Below, piece by piece: positions 49,905 to 59,521 of a DNA stretch of 64,000 nt (positions are counted from its first letter, which is position 1; each line of letters begins with the position of its first letter). Source of the DNA: an uncultured virus (IMG/VR IMGVR_UViG_3300042868_010712) (taxonomy: Duplodnaviria > Heunggongvirae > Uroviricota > Caudoviricetes). The stretch lies in IMG/VR virus record IMGVR_UViG_3300042868_010712, positions 1-64,000 of that record. One strand, given 5' to 3'. A program made the translations under genes and the position numbers. Under the pieces are notes generated by a model, which saw only the letters and a program-made list of their open reading frames with translations, ran no database searches and was not told the origin of the DNA.

Positions 49905-50991
49905 CGACCAGCATCTAGAGAGTAAACTCTATAACATCCCTGAACTCGAGCAGGACAATCGAGAGTTGTTTAAGATGGTTGTGGATAAAGCTATGGAGCT
50001 TGGCGTAGACTATCTTATTAGCGTCGGTGACCTATTTGATAACAACAGACCAAATAGCGAAACAATTCGTTTCGTAAGTGAAGAATTATCTAGGCTCAGC
50101 GCAGATGTAACACCTCTGGCAATAGCTGGTGACCATAGTAAACCAGTAAACGGTGCCACCTGGGAGCATGTGTGCGGGTTTCACAGTGTTAATAACTTCG
50201 ATAGTTTTGTAGGTGTAGACTATAATGATAACCCTGCTGACGTAATTGCTCTAATTAACCATGAGCTGAATAAGCGAGCTAAAGACACTGTTAGGTGGAT
50301 ATTCATGCACCAACAGGTTCCTGAACTGTGGCCGTTCTGTGAAGACAAGAAAAAGATTAGTATCAAAGATCTGGACCTGTCTAACCAGTGTGGAAGTATT
50401 GAGGGAATATTATTGGGCGACATCCATATCCGTAGAGAGATGCGCTACTTCGACAATACCTGCAACAAAGAGTTGTTTGTAGGCTATTGCGGCAGTCTTG
50501 GTGTTACAGCAGCCAACGAGACATCCAAGCCTGGTTTGTACTATTATGATGGACAAAAGCTTTCCACCATAGAGTACACTTTACCCAGGAAGTACGTAAC
50601 CATTGAGATTCATGACCATGTGGCTCCTGAGAGTGATTACCTAGTTGAGCTAAAGAAGAAATATGAGGTGTACAAGCAAGAAGCTAAACGACCTGTATTT
50701 CTGGTAAAGATCTACAAAGGCTCAGAAGTGGGTAATAACCTGAATTTCCTCTATGATATTGGCTATGTACGCATGACCAAGGTTAAAGAGGACAAAGAGG
50801 GCAATGAAGAGATGGTCAACATCAGGTCAGAGCTTAAAACAATGGATAGAATTGAGGCTGTACTCAAGCAGATGACATCCTCATTGGAAAACGCTGAGCT
50901 TGTGTTTGATCTCGCCAGCAAGCTTCTGACAGAAGCAGATCCTAAGATGGTATTAGATAACTATAAAGCAACAATCTATGGAACCGTATAA
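49885..50991 (+). CDS. sbcD: Mre11/SbcD-like (gp47) recombination nuclease
   Basis: Metallophosphoesterase motifs SDQH, GDLFD, GDHS, MHQ, LGDIH, YCGS. Confidence 0.88.
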   Translation: MKFLAFSDQHLESKLYNIPELEQDNRELFKMVVDKAMELGVDYLISVGDLFDNNRPNSETIRFVSEELSRLSADVTPLAIAGDHSKPVNGATWEHVCGFHSVNNFDSFVGVDYNDNPADVIALINHELNKRAKDTVRWIFMHQQVPELWPFCEDKKKISIKDLDLSNQCGSIEGILLGDIHIRREMRYFDNTCNKELFVGYCGSLGVTAANETSKPGLYYYDGQKLSTIEYTLPRKYVTIEIHDHVAPESDYLVELKKKYEVYKQEAKRPVFLVKIYKGSEVGNNLNFLYDIGYVRMTKVKEDKEGNEEMVNIRSELKTMDRIEAVLKQMTSSLENAELVFDLASKLLTEADPKMVLDNYKATIYGTV

Positions 50992-51085
50992 ACTTGCATC
51001 CTTAAACAAGCTACCAACGCCACTGGTACTAACAATAGTAATATTTGCCCTAGTGGCTTTTGCAATTCACTATAACGTAGACTAG
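50978..51085 (+). CDS. Small membrane peptide (35 aa, not in ORF track)
   Basis: MEPYK...PLVLTIVIFALVAFAIHY. Confidence 0.5.
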   Translation: MEPYKLASLNKLPTPLVLTIVIFALVAFAIHYNVD

Positions 51086-51086
51086 T

Positions 51087-51278
51087 ATGACCTACATATT
51101 AAATATATACATCAAAGATCGCCGCACTAAAAGCGGCAAAAGGATAGTCGGCTCGTATGAGTATGATAGAAAAGACGTGGAAAGCATGCTCCGAGAAGTA
51201 AGAGCATTGTATCCTACTTATAAATCAGAAGACGGTTACATGTTTGAAATAGTGGAACCAGATGGACACAATATTTAG
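51087..51278 (+). CDS. Hypothetical protein
   Basis: 63 aa, tightly packed. Confidence 0.6.
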   Translation: MTYILNIYIKDRRTKSGKRIVGSYEYDRKDVESMLREVRALYPTYKSEDGYMFEIVEPDGHNI

Positions 51279-51627
51279 CGGATACGTTAAGTTTCCAGCC
51301 GATGAAGAGGTTGATCTAGCTACACTAGACAGGCTTTATCGGCTGTTAGGCTCAGTAGAGGAGGTTGAAAAAGCTTTCAACATCGAGTTCTCTTGTGGAG
51401 ATGGAAAATACATCTCTGATATGGAAGACGACTCTAGTGAGCTAGATAAATATGATGGTAACGTATGCTTAAGCTCTCCACCCAGGGAAAGCAATGACGG
51501 CAAAGAGTTCGAGCTAGGCAAAGACTATCTGTTTGAAATAATGAGAAAAGGTGACAGCGAACCTTATGAGTGGAGGTTCTATATCGACGAGAAAGAAACA
51601 ACCAGAAGAATAGGAAGATTAAAATGA
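51262..51627 (+). CDS. Hypothetical protein, paralog of 55263..55667
   Basis: Shares DRL..LLGSVE, SCGDGKY and KYDG.VCL..PPR with 55263..55667. Confidence 0.75.
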   Translation: MDTIFSGYVKFPADEEVDLATLDRLYRLLGSVEEVEKAFNIEFSCGDGKYISDMEDDSSELDKYDGNVCLSSPPRESNDGKEFELGKDYLFEIMRKGDSEPYEWRFYIDEKETTRRIGRLK

Positions 51628-52199
51628 GTGCTAACAGCAGTTTTCTAAAAGAATTAGAAAAAAACCACAGAGAAGCCATCAAGTCAATCAAACGTATGAT
51701 TGACGTTGAGGCTAGAAAATATCCTGAGTACAAGGCAGCAGCAACACTGTGTAAGTTTCTCTTCGATAGCGAAGATAGGTACTCAATGATAGTAGAACGT
51801 GAAAGGTTTAAAGGTTTTCACGACAATGCTCAAGCCTTTAATATTTTATGTAATAATATATATCACTCACTGACCGACGATGGAGATATTGCTTTTGTGC
51901 AGATAAACAACCATTGTCCAGCTATTGTGTTTCAGTCTCGCTGGGAGCTTAATGTCGATGATCTCATGTCAAAAAGTGAAAAAGAATTATATGAAAGATT
52001 AAATGCTTTTAAACAAGAAAGAGGAATGCTTCCTCTTCACGAGAATAAGATGGTAATTTTTAATAATGCTTATGAGTATATCGAAGCAGTTAAACAATAC
52101 CGTATAGATTCAGAAATTCAGATTACCAGATTTGAAGAATGGAAAAGGTTGTTAGCAGATAGACCGCAAGCTAATCTAGATGAGGCTGAATTAGCATGA
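51624..52199 (+). CDS. Hypothetical protein
   Basis: ATGA-coupled start at MSANSS. Confidence 0.65.
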   Translation: MSANSSFLKELEKNHREAIKSIKRMIDVEARKYPEYKAAATLCKFLFDSEDRYSMIVERERFKGFHDNAQAFNILCNNIYHSLTDDGDIAFVQINNHCPAIVFQSRWELNVDDLMSKSEKELYERLNAFKQERGMLPLHENKMVIFNNAYEYIEAVKQYRIDSEIQITRFEEWKRLLADRPQANLDEAELA

Positions 52200-52417
52200 A
52201 CACACCTACACTAGAAGAGAAGGTAGCTCAATATGAGCAGTTTCTACACAATATCAATATGATGACAATTTCTGGAAACGGTTCCGGTATTCGAAAATTA
52301 TTGAATAATGCAGACAGTTGGAGTTATGCTCATCGTGTAGGTAACGGTGAGCTTACTGAAGAACAACAACAAGAAATTATTAATCGTAACTTCTGGAACT
52401 TAAATAATCTAGGATGA
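52196..52417 (+). CDS. Hypothetical protein
   Basis: ATGA-coupled small ORF. Confidence 0.65.
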   Translation: MNTPTLEEKVAQYEQFLHNINMMTISGNGSGIRKLLNNADSWSYAHRVGNGELTEEQQQEIINRNFWNLNNLG

Positions 52418-52728
52418 AAACAACTATTGAACAATTAGAAGAAGCCCAGAGTGAAGTAAAGCGGTTAAAGGCAAGAATAGAGATACAAGAAGGCATCTCA
52501 AATGATCTGCTCGCGCAACGGGGAGAATTGTTAGCTGAGCTGAATGTATTGAAGGATCATATTCCTGACGTCACGAAAATGATCAAACCAGAACCGTCTA
52601 GACTAGAGATTGCAGCTATGTTCAAATCCGCATGGTTCGCAAACTCAGACTATAATTCCTCAGATGCTTGCGATGACGGCTGGTGGATCGAACAGGCAGA
52701 TAAACTCATAGAAGCAAATAAAAAATGA
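52414..52728 (+). CDS. Hypothetical coiled-coil protein
   Basis: ATGA-coupled. Confidence 0.65.
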   Translation: MKTTIEQLEEAQSEVKRLKARIEIQEGISNDLLAQRGELLAELNVLKDHIPDVTKMIKPEPSRLEIAAMFKSAWFANSDYNSSDACDDGWWIEQADKLIEANKK

Positions 52729-52967
52729 CAGACGAACAGATTAACACGGCAATTGCCAACGCGACAGATTGCGCTGGTCACGGAAATTACACCCAGGATC
52801 TCAACGCTATGCATGAGGCAGAAAAGACACTAACTCAGGATCAGAGTGAAATCTTTTATCCTAGGTGGCTTGGTGGGTTTATGAGTAGAACGGGACCAAT
52901 TTATGCAACAGCTCGTCAGCGAGCACAAGCTTTTCTTCGCACAATAGGCAAATGGGAAGGAGATTAA
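52725..52967 (+). CDS. Hypothetical phage protein
   Basis: YTQDLNAMHEAE...ATARQRA.AFL motif, of a kind common in small phage proteins. Confidence 0.65.
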   Translation: MTDEQINTAIANATDCAGHGNYTQDLNAMHEAEKTLTQDQSEIFYPRWLGGFMSRTGPIYATARQRAQAFLRTIGKWEGD

Positions 52968-52981
52968 AAACTAAAAATGAT

Positions 52982-53221
52982 ATGAGCATTCAAGTATATG
53001 CAGAACAAAAATGGGGGTTTCGCTTCACCAAGATTAAGATCTCTTATGTGATAGAAGGGGTTCAAAATACTCTAGTTTTGGAGAATGATGATGCTCAACA
53101 TTTGTTTGAGGTGTTAACTGGCAGGCAAGATGTTATCTTTGTTAATAAGAACGATGATACACCGCGTTATTCTTATACAGAAGTAGTATATGCATCAAAG
53201 TATAAAATTGAACCAAAATAA
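52982..53221 (+). CDS. Hypothetical protein
   Basis: Start MSIQV preferred. Confidence 0.55.
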   Translation: MSIQVYAEQKWGFRFTKIKISYVIEGVQNTLVLENDDAQHLFEVLTGRQDVIFVNKNDDTPRYSYTEVVYASKYKIEPK

Positions 53222-53222
53222 T

Positions 53223-53369
53223 ATGAGATTTTTAAACATTGGCGAAACAATAAAAAAGACCGACGAAGTAAACATTCAGCTATCTTATCTTCCACCAATT
53301 TGGGAAAAGGTTACTTGTTTTGTTGGATGGGAAGTGACCGAAGACACATATGGAAAATACAGGAGATAA
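53223..53369 (+). CDS. Small hypothetical protein (48 aa, not in ORF track)
   Basis: MRFLNIGETIKKTDE..., fills the gap exactly. Confidence 0.55.
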   Translation: MRFLNIGETIKKTDEVNIQLSYLPPIWEKVTCFVGWEVTEDTYGKYRR

Positions 53370-53370
53370 T

Positions 53371-53571
53371 ATGGGACACTCAAACTACAAACTATCAGAC
53401 GAACAAAAGAAAGAATTGAATATAATTGCTGAATCGATGATTCATGTAATTGAATCTAAGCTGAGCGATGATATTGGCGGAATTCTAGATCCTTATAATG
53501 GCCGTGAAGCAGACCTCAATAAACTTACTGCTATGATATGGTATATTGGAGATCAAATAGCTTCTTATTAA
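53371..53571 (+). CDS. Hypothetical protein
   Basis: Start MGHSNY preferred. Confidence 0.55.
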   Translation: MGHSNYKLSDEQKKELNIIAESMIHVIESKLSDDIGGILDPYNGREADLNKLTAMIWYIGDQIASY

Positions 53572-53572
53572 T

Positions 53573-53863
53573 ATGGAGCGTAATCTTATGAGTGAATTAA
53601 AAGAAGGTATTGATGCTTTGGCTGAAGATAGATATATGACGAGAGATCAACTTCTCAAAGATTATGCTGCCATCATCGACAAGCAGCGAGAAGATATTAA
53701 AAATTGGGAAAAATGCGCAGAAGCTCTAGTGGATTACGCTCATGAATTTGTGCATCAATTATCCTTATGGGGTAAAGGATACGATAGAAATGATAGGCAG
53801 ATCAAGCACGCAGAAGATGCTATTGAAGAATACCTGAAACTTAAAAATAAAAACACACAGTAA
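53573..53863 (+). CDS. Hypothetical protein
   Basis: 96 aa, helical. Confidence 0.6.
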   Translation: MERNLMSELKEGIDALAEDRYMTRDQLLKDYAAIIDKQREDIKNWEKCAEALVDYAHEFVHQLSLWGKGYDRNDRQIKHAEDAIEEYLKLKNKNTQ

Positions 53864-53865
53864 TT

Positions 53866-54072
53866 ATGCCTAATACAACAGTAAAAGACTTCGTAAATCA
53901 AATCGAAAGCCTCCTAAGTAATATTCTAGAAGCACATGATTATGCTATAGAGAAAATGCAGGATGAACTAGATGAAAAGACAGACCTGCTAGAGAAAATG
54001 CAGGAAGAGCTAGATCAAAAGACAGACCTACTAGATAAGTATGTCTCTGAAAACGAGAATGACGATGTATGA
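53866..54072 (+). CDS. Hypothetical coiled-coil protein with a 14-aa duplication
   Basis: EKMQDELDEKTDLL / EKMQEELDQKTDLL. Confidence 0.6.
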   Translation: MPNTTVKDFVNQIESLLSNILEAHDYAIEKMQDELDEKTDLLEKMQEELDQKTDLLDKYVSENENDDV

Positions 54073-54680
54073 AAACACTAATACCTGAGCCTGGAAGTAA
54101 AGTAAGGTTTAAGGGTGTAGACCTCTTTTGGTATGTGGAAGCTAGCAAAGCAGCCGGTAAGCTGTTGAAGCCTGGCGAGGAATATACCGTAGCCTATACA
54201 AGCAGTGCGTCTAGTTGGACAGCAGTAGTTTTAAAAGAATTCCCAGCATATAAGTTTTGCTTAAGCTGGTTTGAAATACCCGAGACAATGGAACCGAACG
54301 ACAAATTCAAAGTAAAAGTCATTAGAGAGCAGGTCAGCAAAAATCAGGCTGCTAGCGACAAATTATATAATGAACTCGCAGAGAGCCTGGGTTTAGAAGA
54401 AGATGACCAGGAGGCGCACGACTATCTTCACGAGGCTATATTTAACTGCACTACTGATGAAGAATTCAATTACGCTATGAACTGGTTCGATATTAAGATC
54501 AAAGAAACCAAACAGCGTAAATTGGAAAAACAATTAAAGGAAAGCTCTCTGAGAGTTCAGCAAGCACTGGCGCACATCAATAAGCCATATACTAGGCTGG
54601 AAATATTTGATATGTGGCTTTCTGGTAAGTTCAATGCAGAGCTGTTACTGCACCACGCACTCTTAGAACTAGCGAAATAA
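54069..54680 (+). CDS. Hypothetical protein
   Basis: 203 aa, ATGA-coupled. Confidence 0.65.
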   Translation: MKTLIPEPGSKVRFKGVDLFWYVEASKAAGKLLKPGEEYTVAYTSSASSWTAVVLKEFPAYKFCLSWFEIPETMEPNDKFKVKVIREQVSKNQAASDKLYNELAESLGLEEDDQEAHDYLHEAIFNCTTDEEFNYAMNWFDIKIKETKQRKLEKQLKESSLRVQQALAHINKPYTRLEIFDMWLSGKFNAELLLHHALLELAK

Positions 54681-54703
54681 ATCATTATTTAAAATTAATA
54701 ATT

Positions 54704-54895
54704 ATGACAATACAACAAATTACAGATAACGTACAACGCAGAATTAACTCTCTAAACAAGCTGTTTAGTGCTCAGGAAATTACAGTATCAGAATACGTCG
54801 AGATTACGCACGGCGTTCTTGATTATTGGACGAGCATTGTACGCGAACGGAATCATGAGCTAACAAAATATTATGCAGCACAAGATAGCCTATAA
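54704..54895 (+). CDS. Hypothetical protein
   Basis: 63 aa. Confidence 0.5.
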   Translation: MTIQQITDNVQRRINSLNKLFSAQEITVSEYVEITHGVLDYWTSIVRERNHELTKYYAAQDSL

Positions 54896-55082
54896 GCACT
54901 ACTCTTATGAGTGTGGAGATGGTTGTTGCGTTGAGAGTGGCTATGATTGGTACGTAGACGGAGAATTTATTCTTCGTTCTACATGCGAAGATAGCGGCTG
55001 GATGGCAGTAATACGGAAATTGGGTATTGACGCAAAGCTAGTAGGATTAGATGAAAACGATGAAGAAATCTGGGAATTATGA
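54873..55082 (+). CDS. Hypothetical protein (CGDGCC motif)
   Basis: 69 aa. Confidence 0.6.
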   Translation: MQHKIAYKHYSYECGDGCCVESGYDWYVDGEFILRSTCEDSGWMAVIRKLGIDAKLVGLDENDEEIWEL

Positions 55083-55270
55083 GCGACATCAATTGGAGAC
55101 TTATTAGTGAAGATGAAAGCCTGTTTGAAAAGGAAAACAGGAATCGAGAGATATTAATTGAGACTGCAAATCACAGTATGCATTTTAGCAAAGCCTGTTA
55201 CGTGCAACGCTATCCATACATAGATCGCAGCATTCAACAGCCTGTAGCTCGATACGCTTTTATTGATTAA
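55079..55270 (+). CDS. Hypothetical protein
   Basis: ATGA-coupled. Confidence 0.55.
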   Translation: MSDINWRLISEDESLFEKENRNREILIETANHSMHFSKACYVQRYPYIDRSIQQPVARYAFID

Positions 55271-55271
55271 T

Positions 55272-55667
55272 ATGATCAAAGATAAACCTGTAAATAATAT
55301 GGAAACGCATTTTGACGCATGGATGAAATTCCCTGTGACCTCCGAATATGATCATGGTACATTTGATCGTTTGCATGCATTGCTCGGATCAGTAGAAGCA
55401 ATTGAATGTAGCTTTGCAATCGAGCTTTCTTGTGGAGATGGAAAATACATGTCACTTCTGGTTACAGACGAAGAAGTAGAAAAGTATGACGGGAAAGTTT
55501 GTTTACTTACTCCTCCTCGCTTACATACTATCAAGATGTCTATGCTGCCAGAGCAAATGAAAGCTAACAAAGAGTACCGCTTTACCGTCAAATACAAACC
55601 CAAAACAGAAGAGCAGATCTTCTATATTAACGGTAAAGAACGAAATAGATTGAGTATTAGAAAATAA
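55272..55667 (+). CDS. Hypothetical protein, paralog of 51262..51627
   Basis: Shared motifs as listed for 51262..51627; start uncertain. Confidence 0.75.
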   Translation: MIKDKPVNNMETHFDAWMKFPVTSEYDHGTFDRLHALLGSVEAIECSFAIELSCGDGKYMSLLVTDEEVEKYDGKVCLLTPPRLHTIKMSMLPEQMKANKEYRFTVKYKPKTEEQIFYINGKERNRLSIRK

Positions 55668-55674
55668 AAATATT

Positions 55675-55938
55675 ATGATTAAAGATGGCTGGATAAAAAT
55701 TCGTTACGAACACAGACTCGCAGAAGATCTAGGTACTCTAAGAAAAGGGATAACCCTACACAGTCTATCAACTCATGATAAACTGCCACACTACTCAGCT
55801 TGGAATGGGGTTAGTTTCATCACCATCCCTTCGGAGAAAGTTAGAGTGTATCAAGTAACAACCAAACACACAGTAGAAGAAACACTTGTAAACCATGACA
55901 TACGAAAATCTAATAAAAAAATATCCGTTACTGTTTGA
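55675..55938 (+). CDS. Hypothetical protein
   Basis: 87 aa. Confidence 0.55.
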   Translation: MIKDGWIKIRYEHRLAEDLGTLRKGITLHSLSTHDKLPHYSAWNGVSFITIPSEKVRVYQVTTKHTVEETLVNHDIRKSNKKISVTV

Positions 55939-56470
55939 AAACTCCCAAGATTCAAATTCACCCTTTGCGCACTTTGGGTTTGAGTGCAATGACGGCTGGT
56001 ACGACATCATTGATAGCTTGTGTAAATCTCTGTATAGAAACTACAGAATCACAAATCAAAGACTAGAATTTGTAGAGTCAAGTCTGAAGGATCTGGATAA
56101 ATACATTCAGTACAGAAAAGATCTCACAAAAGAGCAGGCGCTTCAGAATCTTGAAAAAGAAAAAAGCGAGCTATTAGTTGAGCTGGAAGAAGCTAAACGA
56201 GGCGTACCTATAGTCTCACAGATCAAAGAAAAGTTCGGCACTCTAAGATTCTATGTAGATTTTAGAGAAGGCGTTTCAGCCTGCAGCACAAGTAGGGTAT
56301 ATGCTCTTGTAGATTTTGCGGAGCATATGACAGAGCTGACCTGTGAAGTGTGCGGAAACAAAGGAGAAACATACGAAATGGGCTGGCATAAAACACTATG
56401 CCCAACACATGCAATGAACAAGTACGGAATAGAAAAAGTAGCAGAATATCACAAAGCAAAAAACGAATAA
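55895..56470 (+). CDS. Conserved phage hypothetical protein with C-terminal Zn finger
   Basis: FEC.DGW, QIKEKFGTLRFY, TCEVCG...TLC..H. Confidence 0.7.
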   Translation: MTYENLIKKYPLLFENSQDSNSPFAHFGFECNDGWYDIIDSLCKSLYRNYRITNQRLEFVESSLKDLDKYIQYRKDLTKEQALQNLEKEKSELLVELEEAKRGVPIVSQIKEKFGTLRFYVDFREGVSACSTSRVYALVDFAEHMTELTCEVCGNKGETYEMGWHKTLCPTHAMNKYGIEKVAEYHKAKNE

Positions 56471-56475
56471 CTATT

Positions 56476-56832
56476 ATGAAATATCACATCAGAAAAACAG
56501 AATCAGCCAGGGTCGCATATGCAAACAAGCCAATTGAATTAGATCCTGAAGAGTTCAAGAATCTAGAAAACAACCCTTATACAGGAAGCGAGCCTCACGA
56601 GTTCCTAGAGTATATCTACAGCCTTCGCTGGGATGCAGAGGCGGGCGATTTTCCAGAAGACCTGGATTTTGAGACACAGCAAAAGCTTGAAGAGCTATTT
56701 CAAGGCGAAATGAAAGAGATCTACAACTCTGCATCAGATGTAGATGAAAGTTTCCTAGAACTAGGTGAGCCTGACGAGAAATATAGAAAGACCGGAGGGT
56801 TTGACGTTCACGTCCGCACCGAGAAAAACTAA
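56476..56832 (+). CDS. Hypothetical acidic protein
   Basis: Start MKYHIR preferred. Confidence 0.6.
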   Translation: MKYHIRKTESARVAYANKPIELDPEEFKNLENNPYTGSEPHEFLEYIYSLRWDAEAGDFPEDLDFETQQKLEELFQGEMKEIYNSASDVDESFLELGEPDEKYRKTGGFDVHVRTEKN

Positions 56833-56833
56833 C

Positions 56834-57034
56834 ATGATATCCACAGGCTTTCCAGGAGATAGTGATCCTAGAGACGAAGAACCAGAAGCTGACATTTGTG
56901 AGTTCTGCAATGAATTCATGGAGTGGGAGGATGATGCTGAGTATGATCCTGAGGCAGGGAGAGTAGTGTATGCGGGAGGAAGCTTCTGCTGCAACAACAA
57001 GCAATGCTCAGGCAAAAACAATAAACTAAATTAA
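56834..57034 (+). CDS. Small Cys-rich protein
   Basis: CEFC...CCNNKQC; start MISTG preferred. Confidence 0.55.
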   Translation: MISTGFPGDSDPRDEEPEADICEFCNEFMEWEDDAEYDPEAGRVVYAGGSFCCNNKQCSGKNNKLN

Positions 57035-57035
57035 A

Positions 57036-57227
57036 ATGGCTATACTAAGTAAAAATGGTGTGCTTCCAGAAATGGAATTTAAGTGCACTGACTGTGGAGA
57101 TATCACTACTGGTTTGGATATTGCTAACGGAACCTATCTGTACATTATCCAAAGAAACAAAGAAACCCCTGAAAAATCGCTCTGGCGGTGTGAGTGCTGC
57201 CAGGACGACCAAGACGACAGAGACTAA
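57036..57227 (+). CDS. Small Zn-finger-like protein
   Basis: CTDC...CECC. Confidence 0.6.
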   Translation: MAILSKNGVLPEMEFKCTDCGDITTGLDIANGTYLYIIQRNKETPEKSLWRCECCQDDQDDRD

Positions 57228-57231
57228 ACTT

Positions 57232-57705
57232 ATGCCAAATTGGTGCGAAAACTACGCGAAAGTAAGTCATCCAGACAAAGAAAAGATTAGTAAACTCCTA
57301 GAAGCCTGCAGAGAAGAGAAAATGTTTGAACACATTCTCCCTTTCCCTAAAGGTGAATGGAGCCACGACGAGGCAGTAGATTTGTGGGGCACAAAGTGGG
57401 AAACCGCCGACGCCAAAAATTCTATAAACATGGTAGACGATAATACTTTTACAGTAATGTTTTCTACCGCCTGGTCTCCTCCTCTAGGAGTGTACGCCGA
57501 AATGTCAGATCAAGGCTTCTATGTAGAGGCGCATTATCTGGAGCTAGGTAACCTTGTGGCAGGATCATACAAAAATGGCTTGAGTATAGACTATGAGCTG
57601 TTTGACTCTGATCTTGCGGAAGTTAAAGAACAACTACCTGAAGAATATCTAAAAATATTCGGTGGAGCGATTGAAGACTTCATTGAATCACCATCAGAAT
57701 TATAA
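57232..57705 (+). CDS. YubB/DUF1281-like ferredoxin-fold protein
   Basis: MPNWCEN, WGTKW and F.TAWSPP motifs; start at 57232. Confidence 0.75.
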   Translation: MPNWCENYAKVSHPDKEKISKLLEACREEKMFEHILPFPKGEWSHDEAVDLWGTKWETADAKNSINMVDDNTFTVMFSTAWSPPLGVYAEMSDQGFYVEAHYLELGNLVAGSYKNGLSIDYELFDSDLAEVKEQLPEEYLKIFGGAIEDFIESPSEL

Positions 57706-57707
57706 TT

Positions 57708-57893
57708 ATGTTGTGCGACGAAATTGAGCAAAAGCTGCGAAAGCAGCTAGCAGATATAAAAGTGTGGGCTACTCATTTGATAGAGAATAGTCGACCACCA
57801 GCAAACCCTGCAGGAGAGTCTAGCTACTATTGCGCTAAGGCTTTTCTGACAGAAGAGTTGAAAAAAATTGTAACAGAAGAAACACATAAATGA
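57708..57893 (+). CDS. Hypothetical protein
   Basis: 61 aa. Confidence 0.5.
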   Translation: MLCDEIEQKLRKQLADIKVWATHLIENSRPPANPAGESSYYCAKAFLTEELKKIVTEETHK

Positions 57894-58780
57894 TTAAACG
57901 AGGCGTTTGCTGTATTGTGCTGGCTCTAGAGCCTTTGAAGTTCAGAACTATCACATACAAAAGCTTCAGCTCTCTACCAAGGGAGCTGGGGCTGGCAAAG
58001 CTAGGCGAAATCATCGAGCACAACCTCGATGTTACCGCGCGAGCTATAGCTTATTGCGGAGAGCATAATCTAAACTACAGATTGAGCTCTAGCCTGTTTC
58101 CGCTTATCACATACGATAAGGCGGAGGTAAAGATGAGGGATTTGCCTAACTTTTTCCAGATATTGGCAAAAGTGCAATATATCAAAGACACTAGAGAAAA
58201 GTTCCCTGATGCGAGGCTGAGCATACATCCTGATCAGTTCAATGTTCTAGCCAGCGAAAATCAAGACGCTGTAATTAGAACAATCAGAGAACTGGATTTC
58301 TATTCAGACTTTATGAACGATATCGGCTGCTATGACATCATTATGAATCCTATTAACATTCATATGAATGCTAATGGAGACTGGGATAAGATTGCAGACA
58401 AGTTTGTAGAAAACTATTCTAGATTAAAACTACACACCAGAATGCGTCTTGTATTGGAGAACGACGACAAGGTTTCAGGCTGGGGTGTTAAGAAGTTAGA
58501 TCAGTATATGAAGCCTAGAGGAGGTTTTCCTATTACCTTCGACTATCTTCACCATAAGTGTCATCCTGATGGTCTCTCTGAAGAAGAGGCATTCAACATT
58601 GCCTACGAATCATGGGGACCAATAATTAGGCCATTGTTTCACTATAGTGAATCAGCTCCAGATCAAAACAACCCTCGTAAACACGCAGACTATGCTACAA
58701 GGTTGCCAGATACGTATGGTAAGTCTATAGACCTAGACTTCGAGTTTAAGCTGAAAGAAAAGTCATTTGAGAATCTATGA
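57890..58780 (+). CDS. uvsE: UV damage endonuclease
   Basis: GVCCI, YRLSSSLFP, RLSIHPDQFNVLAS, LVLENDD, FDYLHH, FHYSES, RKHADY, EFKLKE. Confidence 0.92.
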   Translation: MIKRGVCCIVLALEPLKFRTITYKSFSSLPRELGLAKLGEIIEHNLDVTARAIAYCGEHNLNYRLSSSLFPLITYDKAEVKMRDLPNFFQILAKVQYIKDTREKFPDARLSIHPDQFNVLASENQDAVIRTIRELDFYSDFMNDIGCYDIIMNPINIHMNANGDWDKIADKFVENYSRLKLHTRMRLVLENDDKVSGWGVKKLDQYMKPRGGFPITFDYLHHKCHPDGLSEEEAFNIAYESWGPIIRPLFHYSESAPDQNNPRKHADYATRLPDTYGKSIDLDFEFKLKEKSFENL

Positions 58781-58959
58781 AAATATCAGAACTAATTGAA
58801 GAGTTAGAAGTTCTTAAAGTTGAACATGGAGACCTTATTGTAATTGCAGTAGATGAAGAAGGCAAATACGAAATCGGTAATACTCATGTAAGTGATTATG
58901 AGGTATACAACGGTAAAGGAGCATACGATACGCAACTAGCCATAAGACTTTGTCCATAA
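58777..58959 (+). CDS. Hypothetical protein
   Basis: MKISELIEELE..K..HGDL.V, ATGA-coupled. Confidence 0.6.
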   Translation: MKISELIEELEVLKVEHGDLIVIAVDEEGKYEIGNTHVSDYEVYNGKGAYDTQLAIRLCP

Positions 58960-58970
58960 AGTTTATTAAT

Positions 58971-59285
58971 ATGAAAATTCTAGATACAGAAGAACAGTAT
59001 AAGCCTAGAACAGATTTTGCCGCTATGGCGACATACGATATAACTCTAGGTGAGCGAGTATTGACTAAGCTAGAGCTATTCTCAAAAGATAAAAACATTC
59101 AACTAGACAAAAAAGAGTGTAAAGCCTTACTAGAGGCTCTAAATGTTGAAGGTTGGCTGCTACGCAAGTACCTAAACCGAGAGGAATATCAACCGTACAG
59201 CGTAATGTCAGGGTCGCTAGATGGCAGCTCGTCCAAAGGTGAGTTGTCTATATTCGATAGCGACGCAATAGTAGAAGTAAAATAA
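58971..59285 (+). CDS. Hypothetical protein
   Basis: Start MKILD preferred. Confidence 0.55.
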   Translation: MKILDTEEQYKPRTDFAAMATYDITLGERVLTKLELFSKDKNIQLDKKECKALLEALNVEGWLLRKYLNREEYQPYSVMSGSLDGSSSKGELSIFDSDAIVEVK

Positions 59286-59289
59286 AACT

Positions 59290-59520
59290 ATGAAACTATA
59301 CAGACTAGAAGTAAGCGCAACAGTATTAGTGCTGGCTAATTCTGCGGCAGATGCAGAGAAACAGGCAATCAATGGAGTATCAGATAAGAATGTAAACGCG
59401 CATGCATATGCGTATGAGATTAAAGCGTTAGAGGACTTGCCATACAACATGGACAGATATTCTACACCTTTAAACTCAGACAAGACGGTAAAGGATATAT
59501 TGCAGCTAGCCATGAAGTAA
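59290..59520 (+). CDS. Hypothetical protein
   Basis: 76 aa. Confidence 0.6.
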   Translation: MKLYRLEVSATVLVLANSAADAEKQAINGVSDKNVNAHAYAYEIKALEDLPYNMDRYSTPLNSDKTVKDILQLAMK

Positions 59521-59521
59521 T

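Noticed and set aside
57055..57231. N-terminal extension of the YubB-like ORF
   Set aside because: It overlaps the 57036..57227 gene, and the family-typical start MPNWC is at 57232.
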